From the NCBI RefSeq assembly GCF_041146345.1, contig NW_027191415.1, positions 558,001-622,000 on the forward strand: 64,000 nucleotides of DNA, read 5' to 3'. A program made the position numbers and the translations under genes. Below the pieces are notes generated by a model. The model saw nothing but the letters and a program-made list of their open reading frames with translations, had not been told where the DNA came from and made no database searches. Shown one piece after another: positions 10,682-23,288 of this stretch; within the stretch, counting starts at the first letter, position 1; every line of letters starts with the position of its first letter. This stretch comes from Neodothiora populina (lineage: Eukaryota).

Positions 10682-11039
10682 GTCAGGCAGAATAGATGGC
10701 TCGAAAGATGAGAATGGAAAGAAGGGTCAAGGCAGAAGTATTGTTGACGTCAAATTGTGTATGTGATCTTGAGAGTGCGTGCGTGCGTGCGTGCTTGCGT
10801 GTATGCGGTGGAATGTAAAGGGTAAGAACGGAAGCGATGATGATATTTCTACTCTCCACTTGAGCCGTGCAAGAGTGAGCATCGATAGACGTCTTGTGAT
10901 AGGTGCTTACCGGTGGATAGTTTTTATTCTGAAAATGCTAAGATGCCGTTGGCTAGAAAGGTATGTATGGAGGAAGGTGAGGGGCAGGGCAGCAGGGCAG
11001 GGGCAGTGTTAGTCAAGGTATCCCGAACAGGGGGGAAAT

Positions 11040-11063
11040 GGGAATGGGAATGGGAATGGGAAT
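11040..11063. repeat. (GGGAAT)4 microsatellite
   Basis: Seen directly; lies upstream of the 970-aa gene. Confidence 0.85.
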
Positions 11064-11804
11064 AGAGCTTGGTTGTCTCAGTTGTGTCTGTAATCGATGG
11101 GAGGCAGAACTTGCTGGAGGCAATCAAGCTGTCTTTCACTCAAATCAGTAGTCACAGGCTTGTACTTGCGGAAAAACAAGCAGGAGCAACGTTGACGATG
11201 AGAGAATAAGATGGGATAAGGTAGCGACTTGGAAGGTGTGAGTCGAATGTCGAATGGTGTTGTCTGAACCCGTGCATGATCGACATGATTGCGGGGGAAG
11301 CCGGCGATAAGAGGCAGCTGGGCTTCGGTGGGAAGAGGGTAAAGGCATCACAAGTCACCGTAACAAGGTGCACAGGTGCATGTGAAGGCCGCCCGAAACC
11401 CACGTTCATCCACTCACCGTCCTTTGATCCATCGCTAGTGTCCTTATAACACCCTTTTACTCTCTCTGCTCTGTCCTTCTACTGTGCCTGTTTTCACCCA
11501 TGTTTTGCATGGCGGTAAGAAAGTGGTCAGCACATTACACATTTCCTCAGCACTCAGACCACCTTGACATGTGGACCAAGGCCAAATGAATACATGATGA
11601 ACCCAGCTCTGTATTCATATGTACCGTTCAGTTGCCGTCTTCTCACGTAATAACAGAAAAGAGGAAGAAGAAAACTCCGATTCCGTGCACGCTCGCTGTC
11701 GTCAAGACAATCAACGCCTCGTTTTATGCCAGACATAGAGGTTAGAGGTTACAGCTGCCCCAAGTATCACAGCATCCTGCCATTCCGTGCAACAGAATTA
11801 CCGT

Positions 11805-13573
11805 TTATGCCGGCGTAATCCACCCGCCGGCCACGTCCACCCACTGAGGCAGACAGCTACCCTCCTTGAGCTCGACTTCGGGCACTTCGGGATCGCATCT
11901 GCATCTGCAGCCCACTCCGTTCTCCTTTTCGGTATCCCAGTCTTCCCAGTACTCGTCTTCTGCAATGCGTTTCTTTTCGTCAGTCGTCGTCTGTTCCAAG
12001 AACGGAGGCCGAGGTAATTGTCGTGCTGGTGCGTTGGCCGGGCAATGTGCAATGGTTGTGTGTCGGTAACCAATGTCACGGAAGTAGTGGACCTGCGAGG
12101 GCGAGAGAAGGGCGCCGGCAGCCAGGGAATGGATAGGAGCATCACCCCACTGTGTCGTGTTAGCCATACCGATGCTGTGTCAAAATATCATACAAAATGC
12201 ACTCACCCTCTCCATCCAGAAACCTCCGCTGCGGTCCATCATCTGGAAGAAGTCTTCGTACTCCTTGCTTCTGAACCAATCTAGTCTGGCAATCTCAAAG
12301 TTGGACCAGAAATGGCACATGTTGTAAGTCTCGCCCTCCATAGCCTCGGGATCGACATCTTCGAGAGTGCCGGCACCTGGTTCGGTACGCAGGATGTCCT
12401 CGGGAAGGGGTTTCTTGTATTTGGGATCATCCTTGGGCAGCTCTTCTTGCTTCTCCTCGGGCTTTGGCTCCAGGAACATCTCCCAAAGACCTTGTGAAGT
12501 GATGTTGTTGACACGTTTGTAAGCCGAGGCGTATCTGAAAATGTTGGGGACGGTCTCCTTGAGTTCCTTGACCGCAATGGTGAAGCCGTAGGTCTTATTT
12601 TGGCGTTCCATTTCGAGGAATGGGTCACTGTGAAGGCGCGCGGTCAGCTCACTGATAAGATGTGTATGGTCGCAGGGTGGCACATACTAGGTAATGTCGC
12701 AGAAATACTTGATCTCGGGCTCGACGCGCCAGTACCAGTCGTACTTCTTGAGAAGCTCGTGCTTGTAGAAGAATCTATGCGTGCTTGTCAGCAGGGACCT
12801 CTTTATGGCAACAACAAGAGAACATACCCAGAGTAGAATCTGCACATGTGATGATAACTCTCCATGCCACCGTACATGATTGCGGCATCTCCTTGCTTTC
12901 TGATACCTTCCTTTGCGACATTGGTGTCAACCCAGTCAGGGTAGCCCCACATCCAGGGCTCGATCTTGCCGAACTCGACGGGCGAGCTGGTGTGGTTCTG
13001 CACCTGCTCCTTGAAGGTCGAGTTGAAGTCTCCGTCGTTCAAGAAGACATATGGGTAGTGGAACCACCTGTTGAAATGTCTCTCGACGGACTTGATCGAT
13101 TGCAGTACGCCCTCCAGCTCTTTATTCCGGGCAAGAACGACAAAGGCGGCATTAGCACGGGGAGCAGATGCCGCTTGGGCTTCCGGGTCGAGGCAGCCCG
13201 TCACGAAGACTTTGTCATGCTTTTCGCTGATTTTCCTATGAGAGCAGCTCGTGTCAGCGAGGCGTTTGATTTTCTAGACAACAGGACAACCATACCTGAT
13301 GGACGGCGGCGCGCCTGCGGGAACGAGGATTCTACCCGGCGATGAGGGATGCCGCACAACGAGGACAAGGATTAATATTAAAACAATGCAAGGAAATAAA
13401 AGTACAATTCCCAGGGGGACGGAGATGCGCGAGTTGTCCTTGAGACGTATGCGGCGTCGGAAGAAAGCAATTGATCTGGGCGAGATCTTCTCTGCGCTTT
13501 TCGAAAGCCCATCCAGGGTAGGGATGTTTTGCGTCGAGGGCAGGCGCTTCCTCACACTCTGTATGAAACTCAT
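11805..13573 (-). CDS. GT15 (Kre2/Mnt1/Ktr family) Golgi alpha-mannosyltransferase, Ktr5/Ktr7-like; introns 13236-13295, 12775-12827, 12628-12687, 12150-12206
   Basis: N-terminal TM anchor; motifs NAAFVVLARN, YPYVFLND, SYHHMCRFYSGFFYKH, YDWYWRVEP, YNMCHFWSNFEIA, ERWGDAPIHS. Confidence 0.93.
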
Positions 13574-15108
13574 GTCCACAAAGATGTTGAGTGTGAGGTC
13601 GGTTCGAAGCTTGAACGCCGACGAGGAAGAAAGTGGAAGGGAAACGTCACCGGAACTTGAAATGGATCAGGTGTAGCCAGACAGGCTCAACGTTATCGCA
13701 ATTCCCCAGTGAAGTGACCAAGACAGACCACCAAAAGGACTGTGCAAGGGTATCGGAGAGTATTAAAAGCGTCGCAATGCTGACGAGAGTGATGCTAGCT
13801 GTCGTTGAAATGCAGACAGTGTGCAAGTAACGAGCGACGGGAGAGGCTTCTCTCCTTCGTGTTTCGTTTCTGTACAGTAGTAGTATATTCTGTCTCGACC
13901 TCGAGCAAATTCGGGGATCAGAATCGAGAAGGGGCTCAAGACGTAGCCATGCACCAGGTAAACATGCAAAGGAGTTCTGCAACCGGTGCACAGATGTCGA
14001 ATAGAGTTGTGTGGGTAAATGTGTGGGTGTCGCACTGCCGCTTCGGAGGTGGGTTCCTTGGGGAGCGCGACTGCAAGTAAAGTGTAATTGCAAGCAAGCA
14101 AGTCAAGCTCGTCCGTTGAAAGGGGGCTGGCCGGCTTAGGATATGACAACAGTAGCAGCAGTAGCAACAGCAGTAGCAAGCAAGAGGGCAGGCGGGAGCG
14201 GGAGCAGAGTGAAAGCAACTAGCAGCACGCACCAGAAGCAGTAGAAAGCACCGAGACCTTTGGCTGAGGCGAGCTACTGCGCAGTACTAATTCTAAGGCA
14301 ACCGAAGGTAACTCCACACAGGTACTCTAGTAGCGGCGGCGGCGGCAGCGGCTCACAAGCAACTGGCACAGAAGCAATACTGTACTGTGCTGTATCGGTG
14401 TACTGAACTGTACCTTGCGTAGGCCGGCTTGGGACATTCAGGGTTCAACGGCCGTCTATTCGCTTTGGCAAACTACCTTAGAGTACGGTAACCTAAGGAA
14501 CAGTACTGCACGAGTACCGTAAGTAGTAGGTTTACTCCTTTCCGTTCGTGGGAGTTGTATTCTTCCGGATCATATAGCCAACCCGGTACTATACACTGGC
14601 TTATTGCTAGAAAGTCGAGTACATGACACCTTCTAGAAGTTGTGCTCATCAACTACGCCTCGACCAATGCATTTCCCCATGCCGACCAGTAGAGACTCCC
14701 CCTCGGCTGGTCTGTGTTTTAAATAGCACTAATTATCGAGTCCTCGAGCTTACGCAATACCCACCACTGCCCGGCCGCATCGATATCTTGGCGCCAATTC
14801 CCACTCTCCATCCTCCAGCACATAACCCCGTGTTTGAGGAGGCAGTGAGAGAGAGGCTCTGGATACTTGGACCACTCTCGGACCAAGGTCTTTCGCCGCA
14901 ACAACTTTGCGAACAAGCTGGCGTTGGTTGTATCGCAAAAGTGCTTTAGCCAAGTGCAATCGATCTGACTTGTCCGTACCAATCACCCGTGATCTCGAAA
15001 TATCATCTTGCATGTTCATGCTACTGAGGGACCTGAGATTCATGAATGCACAAGACACGTGATCTGCATACAATAATCTAGACCAAACCATCACAGACAA
15101 ATAAAAAA

Positions 15109-15702
15109 ATGGCCAACATAAAATCCAAAGACCTCTCCTTCAACAAGCAAGAGCCCGCATTCCTGCGTCGCATGCGAGAGGCAAACTCGGGCCTCGGCGA
15201 CCGCCACGAGAGACAAATAGCCCGACCGCAACGTCTGCGCGACCCCAATGCCGACGAAGAGGACGCGCCGACATACGTCGACGAAGAAGGCGGTACCCTG
15301 AGTAAAGCAGAGTATGAGGACCTGTTGAAGACACAGAGCGAGGGCGAGTCTGGCTCTGTAGGTGGTCGTCTCGGGGCTGCCGTCGAACCAAAGGAGGATG
15401 TTGGCGGTGCGGTCGAGGGGGAATTACAGGGAACGGATCCCAAAGCTTCGGGTGCGCTGAGGGATGGATCCAAGAAACAGAGTGTCGTGAATGTGGGCGC
15501 CCCGAGCAAAAAGAGGAAAGTGGCAAAGGTTGTCGGCGGCGGCGATGATGACGATGCTGCGGAAGTGCAGCATGGCCAGCATCCGAAGAAGACGACCACG
15601 ACCAGTGGCGACGGCGACAAGACGAAACGAGCGCCGGCGAAAAAGGCCAAGAAGAAGGGCAAGCCGATCAAGCTCTCATTTGGCGATGACGAAGAGACCT
15701 GA
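15109..15702 (+). CDS. DUF4604/KIAA1143-like small hydrophilic protein
   Basis: N-terminal LSFNKQEPAFLRRMR, internal EEDAPTYVD and Lys-rich C-terminus ending IKLSFGDDEE; ATG in strong A-rich context. Confidence 0.8.
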   Translation: MANIKSKDLSFNKQEPAFLRRMREANSGLGDRHERQIARPQRLRDPNADEEDAPTYVDEEGGTLSKAEYEDLLKTQSEGESGSVGGRLGAAVEPKEDVGGAVEGELQGTDPKASGALRDGSKKQSVVNVGAPSKKRKVAKVVGGGDDDDAAEVQHGQHPKKTTTTSGDGDKTKRAPAKKAKKKGKPIKLSFGDDEET

Positions 15703-16273
15703 ACATTGCCACCGGCCCCAAGACAACTCTCTCGAAGAAGGTCGCCTGCAATTAATAGCGACCCCCTTCCCATCTCTTACCTCTAATGCGCGGTACTGAA
15801 AGTAAAGCCGTGCACGACGCTTCATACCTCGGACTGAGGATCTATGCCATAGCCGTCCTTGCCGTCCCATTGGCAAGAACAGTCAGCTGTGTTACAAGAG
15901 GGCCTGACTTGTCACTCCCCCTTCCACCGATCCAGCTTCTTCACCGCCCATGACAGAAGCGATCTGGACCCGGTCATGCAGCGCGAAGGTCGAGATTTAG
16001 GAACATTCCGAGCTGCAAGGAGCTTTATTTGTGATACACACTCCAAGTATTATAGACTCGTATTGTTGAACATCACTGTGGACGGAAGGGTCGCTCGTCG
16101 CCACAGAGCATGCGTCATGAAAGGCCGCGGCTAGTTGACCACAGTGCGATAGGACTTCATCACGCAGATCGAAACAGCACACGATAGTCTCGAGGACTTA
16201 TACACACGCGGTCAAGTAGAGAAATAGAAGAACCTTAGTTCAAGACATGGAATTATGAAAGCAAAACATCCAT

Positions 16274-19153
16274 CTACACAGGAGGCAACTCCTCTCTGCA
16301 AACAGGACACTGTAGTCTATACTTCATCCACCCCTCCAAACAAGCTGTGTGGAAGATATGTCGACACGGCGTGACCATGTATTTTCTCCTCTCGAGCAGT
16401 AGCGCTCTGCCGCCGCCTGTCGTCAGTGATGTTTCTCCTGCTGTTGCTCCTCCCGTTGATGATGATGACAGCCCGCTTAAGGCCCCTAGTAATCTCGTGT
16501 TGCTGCCGTTGTTGTTGTCGCCGCCGCCGCGGAACACAGGGACTTCTAGGTCGCCCATGCAGATCGCGCAGTCGAACACTCGCTTGTTCTTGTCTCGGCT
16601 TTTGCTCTCCGAGCCTCGGCGACTGCTGGCTGCGCTGCGCGTCTTCGCGCGTCCGGCAGCAGCAGCAGCAGCACCACCACCACTAGCGACATCAGGAGAG
16701 GAAGTAGCACTGGCGTCAGCGACGGCAAATGCTTCAGCGGCGCCCATGGGAAGATTACCGCCACTGCCACCGCTACCGCCACCTTCCTCGTCGCCGTCGT
16801 TTCCATCTCGTAGAACCGGGTGGTAATCATACGCCTTGGGCACCCAGTCCGAGTTACCCACGATATCGAATCCGCGGGGCAAGAACCATCGGGGACCCAG
16901 CACTTCCTGAGAGCCCAACAGACCGACCTGCAGCGCGACCCATGTGATCAAGATCACTAGACCTAGTGTGTCGACGTCGGCGAATGCGACGTTTGATGCG
17001 TAGCCATAGAAATAGCAGAACGGAACCAGGCGTAGGGCGGACTGGCCCATGACGAAGTCCCAGCGGAGGGCGCGCCGGCAGTTGCGTTGCACGTTGCGCG
17101 CGATTTGAGGGAGCCAGAGGGATAGATATGTCAGCGAGAGGAGGGTGAAGTAGGCTCGTCTTGGTGCTGGTGGCCAACTTGTTGCGTTGAGGGACAGGAA
17201 TAGGAGGATCAAGAGGAGGAGGTAGAAACGGGTATAGAGGGCGCCGAAACCTGAGGGACCGACGCCGCCGCCTCCTGTCGTGGTGGTAGTGGTATTGGTG
17301 GGATTCGCGTTAGGGCCTGCTGGTGGCGGAGAGTCAGGTTGGGTTATGTCTTGGTCCGAGGGGATGAAGACAGGCGTCGCACCCGTATCTATCGGCCGAG
17401 GCGCCGTGACAGGCAGGGGCAGTGTGTCTGCGCCAGCAGCTGTAATCATAGGGATCGGGCGTGTAGGTGGAGCGGGACTGGCAACAGCAGTAACGTTAGC
17501 ATCTGCAGCAGTCGCGGCACGAGCAGCAGCAAGAGCAGCGACGGCTGCTTCGCGTCTCGCTCTCTCGACTCTTTCTCTCTCTGGGGCTTGCACGGTATAG
17601 ATGTCCAGCAAGAACCTCATCCCAAAGAAGCTGACACTCATGAACGCAAGGAATGCCGTTCCGATCAATGGCACCCATACAGCTTGCACGAACAAGCTGG
17701 CGAGACAGAGCGTCATGGTAGTGTATCCATCGCCCATGGCCAGCATAGCGATGGTGTAAAAGCTGATCCTGCTCCTTGTGCTCGGCGTGCTGGCATCGCG
17801 CATTTGACGGACGAGCAGCAGCACTTGCAGAAAAATAGCAAGCGAAAAGATGAGGATATGTTGACGAGCACGCATCCATTCGACCTCGACCTTGAGGCCG
17901 ACGAGGTGGTTGGCTTCCTTGATGACATAATCTGGTGGGCCCTTGGACTCGATGATGTAGCCGCAGTCAGGCGAGAAGGCCAAAAGCGAGAAGCGCATAT
18001 CGCGAGGTGATGGTGGGAAAGCGCCCGTAGGATGACGAAGCTCCGTCTCGATCAGGGGTAGAGTCGAAGCAGGAAGTGAGACGGGATATTGCTGAAGATA
18101 AACAACGAGTTCACACTTGGGCAGCGGCGCAGAACTGTCGCTTTGGCCGTCAGGAAGTGAAGACCAGGGATTGAAGCCATGTATGAGGCCATCTTCTTGC
18201 TCGCGAATTGTTGCGCCCAGCGTCCGATTCAGCAGCTGCTGCGTGAGCCCATAGTTGTATCTGGACACAGTCATGTGCGGCAGTGCAAAAATTCCCGCAA
18301 ACTTGTCGGATGTAGTGGCCAGCACCACATTGCCTGTCTCGAGGAAGTGAACACCATACAGATTCGCAACCCACTCACCTTCGCGACCGATATCGTCGCC
18401 GCCCACACTGATGCTCGCGGTGATTTCTCTCAACACATCCCTCTCCGTACCCATCTCTTTCTTGCCGTCTCCGTCAACATCAGTGCTCACCACCCTCGAC
18501 AGCAGACTTCTCGCATCATCACTCTCCTCGAAGACAACACGCAGCCATCCGGCCTTGGCCTCGTCGCTGACATTTCTTCCAAACTCATCGACGTCGATGG
18601 GTCCAAATGGCCCCTCGGCAGCAAATTCACTCATATCAAGGACCGGCCTTTCCATGCCCGCTTTCTCAAGCGGCGAACGCACCCAGTCTCCGTGAACAAC
18701 ACCAGTGATGTTCTTGTACAGCGCCAATCCCTCGCGCCCACCATGAGTGCCTCCATCCACCCCACCTTCTTTAGCAGGATCCTTGACAAACATCATATCA
18801 AAGCCATCCAGCAAGCCCTCATTCTCCTTGCCCAACGCATGCCCAGTCATATCTCTGCTCCTCCTCTTGACGTCGTCCAGCCTGTCCCACACAAACCCAC
18901 TCTCCCGCTGCAGACCCGTGAGATTGAAGAAACGACCCTCGGCTCCGCCCCCATGGCCTCCTTTCACCGCCGCAAAGTCTCCATAGCGCGTGGTGTTCAG
19001 GAGGTCGAGATCGCGGTGCTCGCGGGCGAGGAGAGCGGCGAAACGGGTGCGAGCCGACGGGTGTTGACTCTCTGCCGGTCCGGTGTTGGGTCCTGGCGAG
19101 AAGAGGATGAAGAGGAGAAGTAGCAGCGTGATTATCGCGCGTGGATCGGCCAT
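16274..19153 (-). CDS. TUL1: Golgi DSC complex transmembrane RING E3 ligase Tul1/Dsc1 (DscA)
   Basis: Signal/anchor peptide, lumenal domain (KFAGIFALPH, FSPDCG), about 7 TM helices (WLPQIARN, QEVLGPRWF, YDYHP) and C-terminal RING-H2 CAIC...YMVTPCRHIFHTACLEGWM...CPVCR. Confidence 0.92.
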   Translation of the reverse strand: MADPRAIITLLLLLFILFSPGPNTGPAESQHPSARTRFAALLAREHRDLDLLNTTRYGDFAAVKGGHGGGAEGRFFNLTGLQRESGFVWDRLDDVKRRSRDMTGHALGKENEGLLDGFDMMFVKDPAKEGGVDGGTHGGREGLALYKNITGVVHGDWVRSPLEKAGMERPVLDMSEFAAEGPFGPIDVDEFGRNVSDEAKAGWLRVVFEESDDARSLLSRVVSTDVDGDGKKEMGTERDVLREITASISVGGDDIGREGEWVANLYGVHFLETGNVVLATTSDKFAGIFALPHMTVSRYNYGLTQQLLNRTLGATIREQEDGLIHGFNPWSSLPDGQSDSSAPLPKCELVVYLQQYPVSLPASTLPLIETELRHPTGAFPPSPRDMRFSLLAFSPDCGYIIESKGPPDYVIKEANHLVGLKVEVEWMRARQHILIFSLAIFLQVLLLVRQMRDASTPSTRSRISFYTIAMLAMGDGYTTMTLCLASLFVQAVWVPLIGTAFLAFMSVSFFGMRFLLDIYTVQAPERERVERARREAAVAALAAARAATAADANVTAVASPAPPTRPIPMITAAGADTLPLPVTAPRPIDTGATPVFIPSDQDITQPDSPPPAGPNANPTNTTTTTTGGGGVGPSGFGALYTRFYLLLLILLFLSLNATSWPPAPRRAYFTLLSLTYLSLWLPQIARNVQRNCRRALRWDFVMGQSALRLVPFCYFYGYASNVAFADVDTLGLVILITWVALQVGLLGSQEVLGPRWFLPRGFDIVGNSDWVPKAYDYHPVLRDGNDGDEEGGGSGGSGGNLPMGAAEAFAVADASATSSPDVASGGGAAAAAAGRAKTRSAASSRRGSESKSRDKNKRVFDCAICMGDLEVPVFRGGGDNNNGSNTRLLGALSGLSSSSTGGATAGETSLTTGGGRALLLERRKYMVTPCRHIFHTACLEGWMKYRLQCPVCREELPPV

Positions 19154-19794
19154 TTTTTCGACCGGGGGGTTATGCTTTTCCTGACCGATTGCTGTCGATG
19201 CTCAAAGGCCTCCGTCCAGGCAAATGGGAGGGTCGATTATGACAGAGACATGATGATGGTTTTGGTAGAGTGTCGGGCGCACGTGAGCTTTGAGGTCCGA
19301 TACCAGGTTCAAGGTCAAGAAAGCACGCGAACGCGGTCGATGGTATGTACAAGTGTATATCAAGGTGGTTTGTCTAATTAAGTGTATTATGGTCACCTTC
19401 GAGGGCTGGGCGGAATTAACATCGGGGTTTACAAAGGGAAAGCGTCATGCCACTCTTAGAGTCCAGATAATCACCAGAGCCACAGCGTAGCTGAAGCAGA
19501 GGGCAGGCGGATGTATCATGATAGGTAAACGAGAAAAGATGGTGTTCATTGATATATTACTTCGTTTGTTTCTTTCCAAAAAGGGGGTATTCGACGCTGT
19601 TATGTGTGCAGAGAAGAGAAAGTTGGATGCAGGAAACAGCATCGACCATCCCTCATCCTAGGAACCTGAAATCATTGCCTGACAGTATCCCTGCCTGCCA
19701 GGTCGCCTACTTCGTTGCACTCCGTCGCCGTCTTCTCACATGGTTCCTCCCAATAACTCCAACACGCCTTCGAGATTTTTCTTTTTCGTTATGC

Positions 19795-22727
19795 TCAAGG
19801 ATCGTACTGTCCGGCGAAGCCAGGCGCGACGCCCTCAAGGTCAACCCTCACCACTCTACCCCTGATGTCACCGCTTTCTCTCACCAAGTTGCCAAAGTAC
19901 TTCCTCGCCACCTCGCTCTCTGTTTGCAACTTGACCTTCTCTTTGCGCTGCTCTTGTAGCTTCTCAACGCCGCGCTGCAGGCCCTCGCGGAGCTTGTCAG
20001 CAGGAAACTTGAGTGCACGACGGACTTCGCCACTGATGCGGGTCGAGTTCGAATGCACATAGTCGAGTTCATCGAGTTCGTGGGAGAGCTTAGCACTGAT
20101 CCGACGAGGTAAGGAGTGAGGGATGCTGTTCAGAGCATATGATACTGCGAGACCAGCTGTGAAACATGGTTAGCGACGGCTGAGGAATGAAGACAAAACG
20201 TATTCAGGAACTTACCCGCAACGATGAGACCAGGAAGGATGAGTCTCCTCAGATTGTTGGCACCCATGACCTTCACAGCACCGAGGGCGCCGTCAAGCCA
20301 TCCCACACCGCCGAACATGCGGCCTCCAACGACACCCGCGACGGTGACGGCCATACTGGTACCTGCCACCTTCTCTTGTCGCTCCCAGAGCGATGCTAGG
20401 TCGAAGAAATCCCAAACCTCAACATCAATGTCAATCTGTCGAGCCAGTGCGTCTTTCCGGCTGCGGAACATCATCTCTGAACGGAAGGTCAGGTCGACAT
20501 AGTCATCACCGAGATGCAGTAATCCGAGCGACTTGATCGCATTGACGCCCTGCACGGTTCTTCCCCGAGCAGACTCCTCGCATTCGCGTACCGTTCCTGA
20601 AATGGAGTCGAGCATGGCTGCTTTGATGTCGTCGGCGTATTGATACGCACTGAACATGCCTTCGTAGCGTACACCAAGGTCGGCCTCACCTACACGGGCG
20701 ATTGCAGAATTGAGAGTATCGCGCGTCTCTGTATAGATCTCTGATGCGGTCCGCTCAATGGTGTGATCGACGCCATCACCAGCCTCAGCACGGGCTTTCT
20801 TTGACTGTTCGTACACAGGCTCAAGTTCTCTAAGCTCCTTGGACACTCTTTCGAACTCGTTGGTTGCAACATCGCGGTTGACGGTAGCGAGACTACTCAA
20901 ATCGCCAAGAAGGTTCATCAGGTATGTCTTTGCGGGAGCGAGTTTGGAACGGGCCCGCTTCTCAAGCACGAAGCGACGTAGCGAAGCCTCGAGCTCGTTG
21001 AAATCGTCGATTGCCTCCTTCTCCTTGCCCTTACCCTTCTTCGAATCAGGCGGGGAACCGGGCTCGCCATGCTTGCCCGAATTTTCTTCGTCATCGGATG
21101 GTTTGTCGCCATCGCCGTCGTCAGGGCCGGAGAAGCCCCCACTGCTGCCACCACTACCACCAGATCCCCCTGGTGGCCCTCCAGGTGGAGCAACAGGGAT
21201 GGCGTTACTTGAGACAAAGTGGACCAACTCTGAGGACTCCTTGAAAGTGGCGGGACTGAGATGGTTGACCTGCTTCAGGATCATCTCCTGGCATCGCTTC
21301 TTGTCTCGGATGTTGTCGTAACCGTTGACCACCATGAACATGTATGCCTTTTCACGCGCGGCGTTGAAGATGAACTCCTTTGCCGAAAGCGTGAAGTGGT
21401 TTGCTGCTGAAACGACGAAGACGACGACATCGATCTCCTCCTGCCGCGCAAACACTGCGGTAGTCTTCAGCGAGTCGTTGTTCAGGCCAGGTGCATCGAT
21501 GAGAGCGATGTCGACGACACCGTTGTTTAGCAGCGACTGGTCGACGCTGCGGATGTCCTTGATATAAACCTTGCACTGGCTCCACTTCTCATTGTCGATG
21601 ACAATGTCCTCGAGTTGCTTCAGCTCAAAGACTTCGTAGGTACTCTCGTCGTTTCTGTCGTACACGAAGCCGTTGGGGATAGCGTGGACCTCCTCCAGAC
21701 CACCATTCTCCCTACAGTCGAGGACTTCGCAGAAGATGGCAGTACACGGTTGTTGATCTTCAGGTAATACTTTTCTTCGTAGCAGGGCGTTGCAGAATGT
21801 GGATTTGCCGGCGTTGAGATCTCCTGTGATGAGGACTTTACTCGATGTGTCTTCGATGCGCTCTCTTAAGTTGAACAGGTGTCGGATACTATTGTTGATC
21901 TGATTGTCGAGCAAAGAGGCAACTGATTGCTTCTCCAGAGAATGCACGATCTCTGTCTGCGCCAGACCCTCCATCTTCAATTCGATTTTCAAGACTGAGA
22001 ATTGTTGCGACAACTGGGGAGTGACGAGACGGGGGGCATCTACGGCAGCCTGCTCCTTGATTCTTGCGGCATCCTTGCTGGATTCTGCCTCGAGGCTGTT
22101 CTCGCCCAGGGAGGTGCCTGCTCGACGTGGGCCGAGAGGCCGCGCTGAGGGTGGCGATTCGCGGTGGTTGTCCAAGGTTGTCTGAGAATGAATGAGGCCG
22201 GGACGCACGTCGGGTCGACGAGTCGGACTAGGAGTTCGCGGACGCTTGACTGTAGGGTAGTGCGCGGGCCACTTGGAGTTCATTTCCTGTAGCTTCTTGA
22301 GTGTTTCCACCGTTTGCTGGATGGCGCGAGCCAGAGAAGTGCGGTTTTGGTTGTAGAATAGTTGGTGGACATGGCTGGCGACCGCCTTCCTCTCCAGGTC
22401 GGCTGTTTGTGAGTGTCAGCATCATACACAGCTGGTTTGTCAACGGGAAGTCTTACATTGTGGACCCCCGGGTCCGGCGGGCGACGACGGCGTGAATCTG
22501 TCCTCGGTCATGCCAGGGTTGAATCCCCGGGCCATGCTCGTAGCATCAGCTTCACTGCCACCGTATCCCGAGTCCTGGTCCAGCATTGCAGCGAGTCGGG
22601 CAGCATGTTCTGACGTTGATCCGGAGCCGACTGTCATGTAATTCGGTCTTCCAGAGATTCGACGGTTGGAAGACGAGCTTCCGGCAGGTGAGGCGGATCC
22701 GCTGACAAAGGGATCACTTCCGTCCAT
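19795..22727 (-). CDS. FZO1: Mitofusin Fzo1 (dynamin-related mitochondrial fusion GTPase); introns 22403-22456, 20157-20215
   Basis: SSKVLITGDLNAGKSTFCNALLRR, LPEDQQPCT, IDAPGLN, EEIDVVVFVV, RFVLEKR; two C-terminal TM segments. Confidence 0.95.
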
Positions 22728-23288
22728 GATTGCGATGTGAAGTTGGTATTAATGAACAGGTCTAGTGCATCTCAGATGATGTCTGTATTCTCTGCTTCTT
22801 CTGATCTCTGGAGCGGGAGTATTAGATGGTGGCGCGAAATGCGGATGAAGTACGTCAAGATGATCAAAAAATTAAGGTAGTCAGAAAGGGAAATGGCGAG
22901 ATCAGGATTGAAACATTGAAACCTGAGGCAGCCGCAGCAGCCAAAGTCAGCCCTGTCGGATGAAACTCTAGTTTTCGGCCCGCTTGCCGGGGACGCTCGG
23001 ATCCCTTTCTCCATTGCCATCTCCAACTGCTGCAAGCACAAAGCGTGAAGTCGCCTGTGAGCCCTAAGGTAACGATACCTGAACCTTACCTGGTAGTGAG
23101 TGATACTCGTGCCTCAGTCTACTGTGCCGTTGCCCTGGGGTCAAGTCAAACAACCTGAAGCGGGTTGGAGACAAGCAGCGTCACACTGCGCCCAAGCTTC
23201 TGCCTGGCCTTTGGTGGTGTCTTTTCTCTCCAAAACACCCCCACCAAGTCACTCTTTCAGTCTTGAACAGTTGTCGACCGATTCCACA

